Of a stretch of 64,000 nucleotides of DNA, positions 1 through 13,192 are shown piece after piece; the stretch's first letter is position 1; every line of letters begins with the position of its first letter. The position numbers were made by a program, and so were the translations under genes. The notes beneath the pieces were generated by a model. The model saw nothing but the letters and a program-made list of their open reading frames with translations, was not told where the DNA came from and searched no databases. Location: assembly GCA_004022145.1 (NCBI GenBank), contig RCNU01000014.1. One strand, written 5' to 3'. The DNA comes from Paecilomyces variotii. Taxonomy: Eukaryota.

Positions 1-261
1 CTTATGGACAAGAGACGCATTGCGACCGTATATCTCAAGAATACATCACCGATTTCCCCTGGCGAATCGGGATGGACAGAAAGCGATGGAGTGGACGATA
101 ATGAAGCTCCAAACTGTCCTGATGGACGGGCCACCTTGCGCGGAGCTTCATTTCCCCGACCTTCTCCGCAGAGCTTCGACGCGCTCCGGCCACAAGCAGC
201 AGCTGGACAGGTCTGTTACCCCAAGCTACCAGAAAAGATCTTGGGATATTCTTACGTCTAG
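1..261 (+). CDS. Possible 3' end of a hypothetical protein entering from the left edge
   Basis: Frame 1 is open from base 1 to TAG at 259-261 (...YPKLPEKILGYSYV*) and is followed by AT-rich 3'UTR-like sequence. No recognisable motif, and an overlapping frame is also open. Confidence 0.25.
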   Translation, partial: LMDKRRIATVYLKNTSPISPGESGWTESDGVDDNEAPNCPDGRATLRGASFPRPSPQSFDALRPQAAAGQVCYPKLPEKILGYSYV

Positions 262-1050
262 TAACGTTCAGATGAATTCATGGGTACTCTGGCTGCCATA
301 TCATACCTAACGATGCCCTGGAATGTACAAATGCAACACCTCCGTCCAACACAAAAATATATATATATATATACATTTGTACAGTACATCATATTGCCCT
401 TGGGTACTCCTACAATTGGACATTAACTGGTAACGGTCAAGAATCATGTATGGACAAAATTTTTGATTGTAGTCTACGGGGATCTTGTATGCTTCGAATA
501 ATATTCTATCCTATTGACGGACCAGCTACACATGACGCATTATGTATTTCATGCATTTTCTGTCTTCCTGTTCGGCTTACTACCTAAGCTGTGTACATGA
601 ACCGAAGAACGGGAACAGCAAGACATCTAGCAATAACACTTGCATGCGGAGACATCAGGTAAAACAACGCCATTGGAGAGGGAAAAAAAGAAATGCCTCT
701 CGTAACTCCGTGCTATTATGCGCGCAGGGGCGTCTGGAATCGGAAAGAAAAGGTGCTCGGGTAGCTTATCTTTTTCAATAGAAAACACGCACAACCAGCC
801 CGGAATTGCTCACAATTTTTGAAGGGGGCGGCTCAGAATTGGTAAAAGAGAAAACAGCTCAAACCTCTTCAGGCGGAATGTGGAAAGATACATGGACCGA
901 GGCATTAGGATGCCTGAGATCATGAAAGAAAATAACCAAACAATTCCGAGACCTAAGATGCAATATGGTTCTTTTGTGTGGTTTATGTGAACAAGGGCAT
1001 GGTGGTACATCAGCGTGGAAAGGGCCGTAAAGAGACAGTAAAATCTAAAA

Positions 1051-4000
1051 TCACTGGCGCGGAGACCTGGAAGAGGCTATCAGCAAATGGGTGTTGATCA
1101 TGGAGCAGGCAGAAAACACTCACGTCGGGTTAAAAGCCGGAGAGGTTGGGCTGTAGCCTGGAGATGTAGGTCCACCAGGAGACGTCGGCGAGCCAGCGAA
1201 GTTGGGAGAGGTAGGAGAGTAAGTCTGAGGACTTGTTGGGGACCAACCAGGCGAAGTAGGTGTGTACTTCGGCGAGGTTGGAGAAGTGGGAGAATGACCA
1301 CGGCCAGTAGCTCCCCCAATGGCAGGGCTGGTGGGGCTGTAGCTTGGGGACGTCGGGCTGAATGCCGGAGAAGCTGGACTGAAGCTTGGCGACGTAGGGC
1401 TGTAGTTGGGCGAGGTGGGAGAAAATCCCGGAGAGGTAGGAGAGTAGGAGGGAGACGTCGGTGACGCTTGGCCGTAGGCTGGCGAGGTAGGAGAATAAGC
1501 TGGCGAGGTCGGCGCGAACGACGGACTGGCCGGCGAGAAACCAGGAGATGTCATGAAACGAGGGCTGGTAATAGCCATGCCAGGAGACGTAGGCGAGTAG
1601 CTCGACGACGGTGAGTACCGCGGAGACGTCGGACTGGTATTGAAGGGGCTGGTCGGAGAATAACCTGGGCTTCTGGGAGCAGGACTGAAGCCACCTTCGA
1701 AACCAGGGCGATAATCCGTGGCGAAACCTCCAGGAGTCTCGGCGCCGGTTTGGCGAATAGGAGAGAACTTGGAGTCGGGATCGGGTGTTCCGATATACAC
1801 ACTCTCCTGCATGGGCGAACCAGTATCGTATTGCGTCGCTGCTCCATCGCTGATGATAGCATCCTTCGCGCCGATAGCACCCATCAGGCCAAATCTCGCG
1901 TTGTTGGAAACGACTGTGTTCAACATGTTCTGATCCAGGTACATGTCGAACTCTCCAGTTCCTGCGGGCGCCATCTGTCCGAGAATCAAGTTCTCAGACA
2001 CACCACGGCAGTCGTCGAGCTCACCGAAAGCGGCAGCGTCCAAGAGGATCTCAACCGTCTCTTCGAACGAACACCTCATCAAGGCACCGTTATCAGCACG
2101 GTTGATACCGTGACGGGTGACAGGAGTGAGATAACCCCTAACCGTCATGACATCGACCAGGAGAGCCAAGTGACGGTGGTTGACATAGGAACCATCGAAC
2201 GCCAACACCTGCGTAAGTTCCCGCAGGACTGCAGTTCGTGCGGCCTCGATGCCGAAGACTTCGAACACCTCGATGAACTGATTGGAGTACGTGCGAGTAG
2301 CATCGACTCCAGGGATAGCCAACACCTCGCCGAGAGAAGAACCACTGGTTTCGAGGACCCATTCCTTGCAAAGAGGGTCTGACTTGCTCTGGAACAATGA
2401 GCCGTCCTCAAGAACGCGCACCTTGTCCTTTTCGTTGATGAAGGCACGCTCGACTCCAGCCACACCACGGAGGGTAAGAGTATCCAACAGATGCTGCTCT
2501 AGCTTCTTGAGCGTAACATCGTATTCCGTGTCATCGTCCTCTTCTTCTTCCTTGTAGTCTTGAACCTGACGAATACGGATAACTTGCTCATCAGCGTTGT
2601 TATCACTGAATATGACTGCAATGTCCTTCGGATAAGCTTCCTTGATTCTCGTCGCAACATCCTGGACTGTAAGACCCTTGTCCAGGAGCTTAGGACGGCT
2701 GAGAATGATACGAAGCAACCATTTGGACTGGCGACTCGAGTCCTCGGTGACATCCTCGGGAATGATGAAGTAAGATTCAACCATATCCCTATCATTCTCA
2801 ATAACCGTAGTCTGGATGTCCGGGTCGTAATAGATCTCGGTAGCCTCCGTGACCGATCGCAAGCTGGTGTGCTCAACGACACTTCGCAACTGCTTCGCGG
2901 ATTCCTTATCGTGAGCCCTTCCAGGTTCTTGGTATACAGTCATCGACGGTGTCTTGATGTTGGTGGCCACGTTCAGAATTTCCTTGAGACGAGGAACACC
3001 CAGTGTGACGTTCTTAGACGACACACCAGCAAAATGGAAGGTGTTCAGTGTCATCTGCGTGGCAGGCTCTCCAATGGACTGGGCTGCCAGGACACCGACC
3101 ATCTCACCCGGGTTCGCAGCTGCTTTAGCGAACCTACTCTCAATGGCACCTAGAACATGCTGGAAGGCCAACTTGTTCATAGAGTATTCTGTAACGAGTC
3201 TCCGGAAGGCAAGACGAGACCGCAACTGCGCCTTGAAGAGGAGAGTAGCACTCTCTTGAGCTTCGCGAGAGATGATATCATCGCCCCGAACGACGACCAA
3301 GCGATCCATGAGGGCTTGGACCTGAGGAATAACCTCGGCTGGATGGAGATCGCTTATAGTGCCTTCCTTGATTCTGAAGGTAGTCTTGGCACCCTCCAGA
3401 ATTCGTTGCACATTGATCGGAAGCTGCATCATCTCCTCATCTCCTTTGGCGACGCTGCGAACAAACTCTCTGTCCTTGAGTAGTCGCTCCCACTCTTCGT
3501 CCAGATAACGCTGGACTTCGATGTCGCCTGCAATCTCCGTTGCCTGTTCTAAAACGTCGGGTCCGAGAGTCATCTCCGGATCCATAAGGTCGACGCGGAA
3601 TCTGCGACGGAACTGCTCATCTGAGCATCTGATGATATCGACGCGCTGGTTCTCAATGTGTGCACCATCCAAGCCATCCTCTCCGTAAAGGAACTGAATG
3701 ACGTCGCCCAGAGAGTTACGAACGGTACCATCGTATTTGACCATCACCTCCTCCAGAGCCTTGACAAGCTTTCGCTGGATATAACCAGTCTCGGCTGTCT
3801 TCACGGCAGTATCAATGAGACCCTCACGACCGGCCATTGCGTGGAAGAAGAATTCCGTTGGAGTCAAGCCACGGAGGTAAGAGTTCTCAACGAAACCACG
3901 GGACTCTGGAGAGTAGTCGTCTTTGGTGAAATGAGGAAGTGTACGGTACTTGAAACCGAAGGGAATACGCTTTCCTTCGACGGACTGCTGCCCGACAACT

Positions 4001-6528
4001 GCGGTCATCTGAGAGATGTTGATTGTGGAACCTTTTGATCCGGAACGAGCCATCTGAATGGCATTGTTCAGATCCTTCAAACTCTTTTCGGTCTCGCTAC
4101 CGGCTTCGTCACGAGCGTTGTTGAGAGCACGCGAGACCTTGCTCTCAAAGGTCTCACGGACATTCATACCTGGCAACGGTTCTAGAGTGTTGTCGGTCGC
4201 ACTAGCGGTGATGGCGTCGACTTCCTCCTTACGCTTGCGAACTGCTTCCTCGATTCTCTGAATAGTAAGCTGATCAGGGATCGTGTCACCAATACCGATA
4301 CTGAATCCGTTGTGAAGAAGCCAGTAATTAACCACTCTCTGAGCACCGTTGAAGAAACCCATGGCTGCCTCATGCCCGTACTCGTTGAAGATGGTGTGGA
4401 TCACACCACCACCACTTGCACCCACAGTCTTCTTCGAGAACATACCGTACATGAGCTGACCGCCATGCACAAGGATACCGCCGTCAGCCAATGGCGAAAA
4501 CTTCTCAGATAGTGGTGCCTTGTCCTTATCAACACGCAAAAGATTCAGACCTGGAGGAAGCACCATACTGATCATCTGCTTTCCGGTCCACCTCGGACGA
4601 GGTTTCAGGATTGCTGGCGGAGGGATCACTCCATCCCAGTCGGGAACCCAGAGCATAATGTTCATGACTTGCTCCTTAGTTAAGAATACATCACGCCGAC
4701 AGATTTTGTAGATACCACAAAGAGTATCCTGGACGATACCCATCAACGGACCGTTACGCTGGGGCGAAACAATATTCAACGGCACCATGCAAAGGTTAGC
4801 AAGCTCTGCACGAGCCTCCTCACTCTGCGGGACGTGCAAGTTCATTTCATCACCGTCGAAATCGGCGTTGTAAGGAGTTGTCACGGACAGGTTGAGTCGG
4901 AAGGTCGAGTATGGCATGACACGGACACGGTGACCCATCATGGACTCCTTGTGCAAAGATGGCTGACGGTTGAAGAGAATGACGTCTCCATCCATGATGT
5001 GTCGCTCAACCTTCCAACCGTAAAGCAGCTGTTGACCACCAGCTCTCCGTGCGTGACGAAGATCGATACGCTCTCCGTTGTCCCTAACAATGTACCTTGC
5101 TCCAGGGTGCTCATTGGGACCATTCGAAACTAGATACTGCAATTTGTCAATATTGTAGGGCGTGACAACTTCAGGGTAGGTCAGCGTCCTCGCGATACTT
5201 CTGGGAACACCAACTTCATCGAGTGACAAGTTGGGATCACCAGTGATGACTGTACGAGCGGAGAAGTCCACACGTTTTCCCATCAAGTTCTGACGGAGAC
5301 GACCTTCCTTTCCCTTTAGACGGCCACGGATGGCCTTCACAGGTCTGTTCGATTTCTGCATAGCCTTAGGTTGGCCTGCAATATCATTGTCCATGTATGT
5401 CGCCACATGGTATTGCAAGAGGGACTCAAACTCGCGGACAACATGCTCTGGGGAGCCCTCCTGTTCGCAACGCTGCACGTTCTGGTTGGCACGGACTATT
5501 TCTGCCAGCTTGTACGTCAGATCATCTTCACCACGCTGGCCTGTACCACTACCACCAACCAGGACACTGGGTCGCACTGGAGGAGGAGGCACGGGAAGGA
5601 CGGTGATGATCATCCATTCAGGGCGGGCGTAGTCGTTACTCAAGCCCATGATGCGGACATCCTCATGAGAAATGCTGCGGAAGATGTTCAAAGCCATCAA
5701 GGGAGTAATCTGCTTCTTCTCTGGCTGCTGCATGTCTCCCTCCTCGATCATGTTCTTGTTCGGCTTCCACGTTCCCATCAGGCTGATACCCTCTCGTCGA
5801 ATCGTAGGCTGGGCATTTCCACATCCGCCATGTGTCCGCAAAGGCTTCGAACCTTCTTTCGAGAAGGGCTCATCTTCGTCAGGAGGAGGATCGGCCTCGC
5901 AAACCAGGACGTCCTTGGACAGTCGCCAGATCTGATCGAAACGTCTCTTAGGGTCGCGCGTGCGCACGGCTTCGAGAAACTTGGGATCGGACTGAGATTA
6001 TCAAATGTCAGCAAATACTGCCATACTATGATTTGCCATCCCGTGAGGGATGACTAACCGTATTGGCCTTGATCTTTCCACAGTTGTGGCAGACAGTTTC
6101 CAGCAGCTTTTTGATCTTCGTCAAGAAACCTAGAGACAGATAATTAGCGGACTGATTTTTACTGAGCTAGCATATTCACATACCGATGTGAAAAACGGGA
6201 GTTGCAAGTTCGATATGACCGAAATGTCCAGGGCACTCTTTCTGGCCCTCTTCGCAGGTCTCACAAGTCCACTGGCGATCAATTGTACCAAGTCGAGGAT
6301 CATTCAAACCTTTCGTTCGCGGTCGTTGTCGTTGTTCATCCTTTACGTAGCCACGTCAGCTTCGTACCTCAAAACTCACCAGACCAGGGGAACACCAACC
6401 ATAGTCTCAGGATATTCCACATGGACGACACTCATCCGTTTGATCTCATCCGGCGAGAGGAGACCAAACTGGATCTCCTTGATCGTGCGCAACGGCGCCT
6501 TGGAGTATGGGAAGTAGACGTTGGACAT
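1051..6528 (-). CDS. rpb1: DNA-directed RNA polymerase II largest subunit
   Basis: Exons 6528-6400, 6340-6184, 6129-6059, 5991-1124, 1066-1051 with canonical GT..AG introns. N-terminal Zn site [12 protein letters not shown], catalytic NADFDGD, trigger loop [12 protein letters not shown]-terminal YSPTSP heptads. Confidence 0.99.
1054..1662 (-). repeat. RPB1 CTD heptad repeat array (degenerate)
   Basis: About 20 YSPTSPx/FSPASPx/WSPTSPx units with spacer insertions in the translated exon. Confidence 0.95.
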
Positions 6529-7310
6529 CTTGACGGTCGGTGTTGCGGTGATGCGTTGGTCAAGTGAGGGTCCGTTGACAGTTGAGCGGAGAGCTTTCTC
6601 GAGATATCGGCGTCTGTCGCGATATGATGAAGGCGCTCAGTAGATTTCGATCCGAAGTAACACGTCTCAGATGAGTCCGACGCGCAGCAGCGACGACGGA
6701 TGTTCGTCCAGCACCTGGCCGTTCAGGCCTCTGGCAGCCCTTGCCACGAGGGCGCCTACCACCGTCTCACCGCGGCGTTGCGAAGCGTTGGAGCGCGGAA
6801 AAAAGGCGTGTCTGCCGCTCTCGTCTTAACCGCAGGGCGAAAACGAGATATCGCGATGTCAAACGCGATATTCTCCGGCGTTGGGCGATGGGGGAGAGAG
6901 CTGTCGCGGTGATGAAAGGGAGTTGGACTGATGTTGCCTCACCAGCGCTCGGGCTGGAGTTTTAGCTCGAGTTTTCTTGGAGCCGCAAGCCGGGCTGGGC
7001 GGACCCCATTAAAAGTCAACGGCATTAGCCACAAGTCTTGGCATTCCCTGAGCCTCTCCGCCCGAAATGGCAGCGGTGCAGCACACTACTGGTTGCATTT
7101 TAAATGGCCCCCAATCCAGCCTCCATCATTGCTCTTTTTGGCCAGCTCCGCGCAAGAGGACTTTCTTCCCTGCGCTGCACCCCGCAATCGACATCCAGAT
7201 CCTGGATGACCGTCTGCAGTCATCCCGCCTGGCTTACCAACCAGGCAGGGCTTTTTTGTCGTCTTTGTTAGTCTGCTATCTCTACACTCAGGCCTGTGTC
7301 ATCCGATGCC
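6529..7310. promoter_or_regulatory. Divergent promoter region shared by rpb1 and swd1
   Basis: 782 bp between head-to-head start codons; GC-rich with many CGCG words. Confidence 0.6.
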
Positions 7311-8974
7311 ATGAACCTTTCTCTCATCGATCCCTTTGTCCTCGCCCAGGACTATCCCGACTCGTTGACTGACAAGCTGAGTATGTATTGCATCTGCGAC
7401 TTTTGCACAGGCTCCAAAGTATACTAACATGATGCAGGAAGTGGCCATGCGACATGTATACGGTTTAACCGCCGTGGAGACTATCTGGCGTCCGGACGAG
7501 TACGTGGTTTACATGCATACAAGAAATTATACTTTTGCTCTGACAACGGGTTAGGTCGACGGTACGGTGGTGATATTTGATGTTGAAACAAATGGAGTTG
7601 CGCGTAAGCTCCGTGGGCACACGAGACAGATCCAATCTCTCAGGTATGGAAGGATTGCCGTGGAATCACGGATGTCAGGTTACAGAGCGCTGACACACGC
7701 CGCAGCTGGTCTAGAGACGGCAGGTATCTCCTGAGTTCTTCGCAGGACTGGAAATGCATATTGTGGGACATGAAGGATGGCTCGCGAGTGCGCACAGTCC
7801 GATTCGAGGCCCCCGTCTATATCGCGGAGTTACATCCATTCAACCAGTACGTTGACAACTTCATGGATACTTCGTTCTGGCCTAGACTGACCACAGCCAC
7901 CGCAGCTGGCTCTTTGTAGCTTCCTTGTTCGAAGACCAACCCGTTCTCGTCGATATATCCACTTCTAAACCCATCAAACGTATACTCCCTTCTGCCCCTC
8001 TCCGTCCTCAGCTCCCCAATGGCGAAGAACTCGATCCAGCCGCGGCCGCGAAGCAAGCCGCTCAAGATGCCAAACATTCCACGTGTGTCAGCATATTCAC
8101 AGCATTGGGGAATCACATCATCGCGGGAACGTCAAAGGGATGGATCAATATCATCGAAACACAAACGTGTACAACTATACATTCAACGCGGTTATGCAAC
8201 GGTGTCGTGATCCTGCTCCGTCTCGCCAGTAATGGCAGAGACTTGCTGGTCAACAGCTCCGATCGCGTTATCCGAACGATTCTATTACCGGATCTTTCGC
8301 AGCTGGGAGTCGGATTGGACCCGGCCAATATAAAGCTGGAGGTGGAACACAAGTTCCAGGACGTCGTCAACCGACTGAGCTGGAACCACGTCGCGTTCTC
8401 TTCGACCGGGGAGTTCGTGACAGCATCCACCTTCATGAACCCGGATATCTACGTGTGGGAGCGAAGTCACGGCTCTCTGGTCAAGATCCTCGAAGGTCCC
8501 AGGGAAGAACTGGGCGTCGTGGAATGGCATCCATCCCGCCCAATGGTAGCGGCCTGCGGCCTTGAATCCGGCTGCATCTACGCCTGGTCGATTGTGTCGC
8601 CCCAAAAATGGTCCGCCCTGGCCCCTGACTTCGGCGAAGTCGAAGAGAACGTCGTCTACATCGAGCGCGAAGACGAATACGACATCCACCCTGCCGAAGA
8701 GATCCACCAACGTCGTCTCGACCAAGAGGACGAGATCCCAGACGTCCTAACCATAGACCCAGTCAAGGGCGAAGGTGAAGGGGAGGTCGACGCATTCCGC
8801 ATGCCTGTCCTCCTCGACATCACCGACAGCGAAAGCGAGGAAGACATCGTCGCCGTCGGTCCGGGGACCATGCGACGACGTAGTCCCGGAGCGAACCGCG
8901 AATGGATGAACACAAACGGCGACAACGCTCCAAACGGGACTTCCCGACCCCAGAACAAAGGACGTCGAAGATGA
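7311..8974 (+). CDS. swd1: COMPASS/Set1C WD40 subunit Swd1 (RbBP5 family)
   Basis: Starts MNLSLIDPFVLAQDYPD. Four introns begin at 7381, 7500, 7644 and 7847. Family motifs EHKFQDVVNRLSW, GSLVKILEGPREE and QKWSALAPDFGEVEENVVYIEREDEYD. Confidence 0.95.
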
Positions 8975-10241
8975 CACTATTATTGTCATCCTATCATCAC
9001 TTTCCGTCCTTTTTTTCTCATTCTCATCATTTAATTTCGATTTGGACACCCATCGCAACTATAAAGCACGTAGTGTCTTTCTGACAAAAAAACCATGTAC
9101 GTCTTTTGCATAAAAAGGAAAAAAGAGTTCATCATAGTCCTGGGTATGGATGTGGCGAGATTATTATAGGAGTTCGTTTGGGCAGGTCAAGGTTGCATTT
9201 AGGCGGATCCGGTCAGATCAAGGGACAGGGCAGGCCAGGGTTTTCTTTTTTTGCGCTCGCACAGCATCTATGATGAAAGTTCTCATTTCTCATATTACCA
9301 TCTGCCATGGTGGAGGCAAGCAAAACATTCAAAAGATTGATAGAACAGCTTTACATGATTTTCTATCAAGTAAACATGTTATTTCATGATATATTTCTCT
9401 ATTTGTGCATTAGGCTTCTTTTCCTATCCATACCCGTCATATAAAATCCGTGAAGCAAGGAACACCAGACAGGATATATGCCCAGTCCGCATGTCATCAT
9501 AGAGCACGCCAAGTGTAGCAGCTCAAAGGGTATCCGGGGACGCAACTGATGACTTCTAGGGAAGCAGCTCCAGCCATGTACTCAATCGACAGAGCCATGT
9601 AGTCATGTCGAAGAGAAGGGAAGGAGATGTAGTCTGGGTATAATACGCCGCTTTAGCCGCGTTACTCCTCATACGCCACAGAAATACCAATCCCAAATCA
9701 TGATCATCACGCAATGATAATAACTGCCGTAAGATTCCAGTAGCCGGCGCTGCGCTACGGGTTCGACCCGGTGACTGGCAGTTGTCCATCCTCGTCCATC
9801 CCCTTGACACATCGTATAGTCCTGTTTTCCTCAAATTGTGTATCAACGGCCAAAGCGGGTATCCTCGGTTCAGAACCCGCGCTGCTGATGGTAATAGAAT
9901 ACTTTTCATATGGGATCATTGCTTCCCATAATCACTTGTAACGGCGACTTATCATCGTCCGACGCACCACATCTGCCATTCGCTATGAAGTGTATTAAAC
10001 ACCCATGGTTAGATGGCGCATGTAGCTTTCATCAACGTCGTACACGCGAATCCTCTAGTTCGGTGGATCGGATATTGTCCCGACGCAAAAAGAAAAAAAG
10101 AGAAAAAGCAGAGGTCAAATGACCTGTGTCGTGCTGAGAAGGGTGAGCTTGCGGTCTCCCAGACAAGGCGACATCGGGCAAGCTGAAGCAGCAGCAATAT
10201 AAACATGCTCGTAAGCATGTTCGACAGATGAGCGAGATCCC

Positions 10242-11435
10242 TTAGTTGGCGATTGGCTTGCGTGCTTGATAGATATGGAGGATATTATACGCATGAATTT
10301 CTTTGTTGAAAGCCTCTGACTTGACATCGGCTGCTAGACTCTTGACCCGGTCTACCGGCCAGTTGCAGACGCGACAGAGTGAGGCCAAACTGATGGTCTC
10401 GACACTCTCTGAGAAGGCCAGGTTGTACCATCGAGCTACCTTTTTCTCATGTTCATCCTGGTGCCATGGGTTCAACGGCAACCCCACCATCTGGTGGTCG
10501 ATCTCCACGAACCCCGCCTCCTGCAGGTTCCGGATAGTCTCGCGCGAGCTATGAGAGATAGGCCTCATCGTGTCTTCTGTTGCCTGCTTTAGCCATTGGT
10601 ACCAGCTACGCAGTGCGGATCCTTCTAAGGATCGGTCATCGCATCGAGGTTCGAAATCTATTTCGACCTGCTCGAACCACGCCCCGGGGCGCAGGTGGGA
10701 GAAGATACGTCGATAGAGACTGGGCCAGCTGGCCACGCTACCGCTGCCCATTTGCATGTGGATCAGGTCCCATGAGTCCTCCCCTAGCGACCAATGACTC
10801 TCAAAATCCCAGGGAGCGTAGAAGTCGCAGTTCTTTGGGCGATTAGAGGGCTGGATGGGAGCAAGATCCACGCCTACCACATGTGCATTTGGGTATTTGT
10901 GGGCTATATCGATTGCCCAAATCCCCGTTCCACAACCTAAGTCGAGGAACCGGCCATTTTCCGGATGCGGAGCATAGATGAGCCCATCCGAGACTCGTGC
11001 CTCTGTGAAGAGTTTATGGAATATATCGAGGCGGTCTTGCTCCTGCTCGTCACACGGGAGCATATAAATACCTCTGCGAAATCCGTGGTACAGTCGCCCA
11101 TTCTCCTCATATGGTGAATGGTCGGAATGGTTCCTACAAGGAATTGCTTGTCAGCGGCGGTCCACCTTACAACTCACTGCTATGAATACGAATAACTGGA
11201 GTGTCTTCGGTACTTACTTGGAATTGGCTGTGGGTGATCCATTGTTACTCCAACGGTCTCCAGAGTGGCCTCTTGGCACAGATTCTCGATCTGTTACGTT
11301 GTAGATGTCCATTGCGTCGGAGTTTTGTCGCGATCGGGGATTCGCACTAGGAAACATGGTCTGCGTGTTGAGAGAGGCATAAGGGGCTGTGGTGGCTGGC
11401 AGCTGATGCTGGCCGTGCTGGTAACCGGGGAACAT
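10242..11435 (-). CDS. laeA: LaeA SAM-dependent methyltransferase, regulator of secondary metabolism
   Basis: Exons 11435-11218 and 11133-10242. Motifs [48 protein letters not shown]-binding [10 protein letters not shown], and C-terminal [20 protein letters not shown]. Confidence 0.96.
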
Positions 11436-11608
11436 CGCGACTACCTCACGCTTTTCCAACCGGAAGGTATGCGCAATGGCAACTCAGCTACTAGGATTTC
11501 AACCCGCCGGGTTAAAATGGGCTATAGGTTGAATGGGGGCTGCCCCGGAAAGCGTGGGCAGTCCACAGTGGCCGTAACGGAGCTAGTAGTAGTGGAAATT
11601 AGATGTGG

Positions 11609-11686
11609 TTATGTTATTCTCGAATGGCGAGTAATCAAGCGCTGATAATCGCTGATATTCTTTGCGAGAGTGTTCGCCGTAAGCAT
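11609..11686 (-). promoter_or_regulatory. Candidate upstream ORF (25 aa) in the laeA leader
   Basis: ATG 11686 to TAA 11609 encodes MLTANTLAKNISDYQRLITRHSRIT. It is the only minus-strand ATG between 11436 and 12252. Confidence 0.5.
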
Positions 11687-13168
11687 GGATGGATATATCT
11701 GCTTCGGACCCGCGCTGTCGAATCAAAACAGAAAGACTGCGATCCCAATGCCGCGGAAGAGGAACGGCGTGAAAGCGCACACAGGAAATCTTGAACTGAG
11801 CAGCAGAAAACGACTTGGCTGATGCTGACTTGACTGCGTTATTGCTGGAGCAGTGGCACTGCAATTGAGGCCGTCAGAACGGCAACCCACACAATGCAGA
11901 CAGCAGAGACGTAAAAACCCAGGAGTCTTTTCTCAGGAGGAGGGGAAACCCAGCGATTTAAAGTTGCGTAGTGAGATGCCGTATTATTATTAGCTTGTAT
12001 GTTATTACTCTTGATTATGTGTTCGTTTCGTGAAGGTGGCCCGATCAGGCGGGGACTGTTAGGGAACTTCCAAGAGACGTCGCGAGTGGAGAAGAGACTC
12101 CTGGGATGCAGTGACCAGCAACAAGTGCTCTCTTTTCGATCGTATGTTGGCGGGGAAGAGGCTTTTTGGGCCGTTTTGGGTGCTCCCTGGGTCCGATTGT
12201 TCTTTGGGGCTCGTCCCACGGCTCTAGGCGTCCTCCACAACTCGGGATAAATCATAACGCCCATCACCGCCCACAGCTTTGGGCCCCGTCCGCAAGAGTT
12301 ATGTACTAGATACAGCCGTAGTTTACCGGCTCCTTCGTCCATTGGGCCCTGTTGGGACACCGGATGCAGGTGGCACGACCATCGATGAGAAACCAGATAA
12401 TAATAATGATAATAACTTCTGCCCGTGGAAAAACGTTCGATCCGTGCCACGGTCAACACGAGTCATTCAGAAAGTCGGAGCTCCTACTTAGTTTCGGACT
12501 GGCTGCAGGGCTCCGTCGACGGTCTGAGAGCACAGACAACCCGATGCAATGGTTGACAGAACAATAACCCTGGACGTGGCGCCCATTCAGCACCCGGGAA
12601 GCCCGCGAAGATCCCCCTAGGATGGGACGGCAAGAGAACCACAATCCCATTGCGTGCAGCGGCGACGGACCGCAAGTTTACTGATCAAAGTTTGGACAGT
12701 CGCAAGTCTTTAAAGAAGGCCCTCTCCACAGGCCGGCTGGTAACAGGCCGCTCCCTCTAGCTCATCCCAATTCTGTCCGATGACAAGACGCCCAAGCTTC
12801 GACGCCGTCTCCACGAATCCTGACTCGCTACGAGATGCTGTCCCGGTCTGACCGCTCCCTGGCCGGCGGAAAAAGCCCGACGTTGGTTCTTCAAACGACT
12901 CTCGAAGTCAAATAATAATTCACGAACAATGGGACGATTGTCCATGGCACGCAGCCAACCGTAGAGTCGGAACCAACAATGGGAAATGGATGACTAGTAG
13001 TGATGGGGGTGACAACTTCTGAGGGCCGCAGCAAGGGGCGTGCGGCGTCGAAGCACAAGAGAACACAGCAGATACAGTCTGACGGGATCAGTCCTGGCCG
13101 TGTTGTATTGTTTCTATTATTATTCGAAGCACTCACAGCTTTTTCTTTTGCTGTTTCGCTCAGCAAGC

Positions 13169-13192
13169 CATCATCATCATCATCATCATCAT
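13169..13192. repeat. (CAT)8 microsatellite
   Basis: Directly visible in the sequence. Confidence 0.9.

Noticed and set aside
9758..9770. GGTTCGA tRNA T-arm-like motif
   Set aside because: Loop is 5 nt and there is no D arm, anticodon arm or acceptor stem.
10644..10654. TCG-N5-CGA (AflR-type) word inside laeA
   Set aside because: A six-base pattern expected often by chance, within coding sequence, and it does not fit the refined AflR spacer preference.
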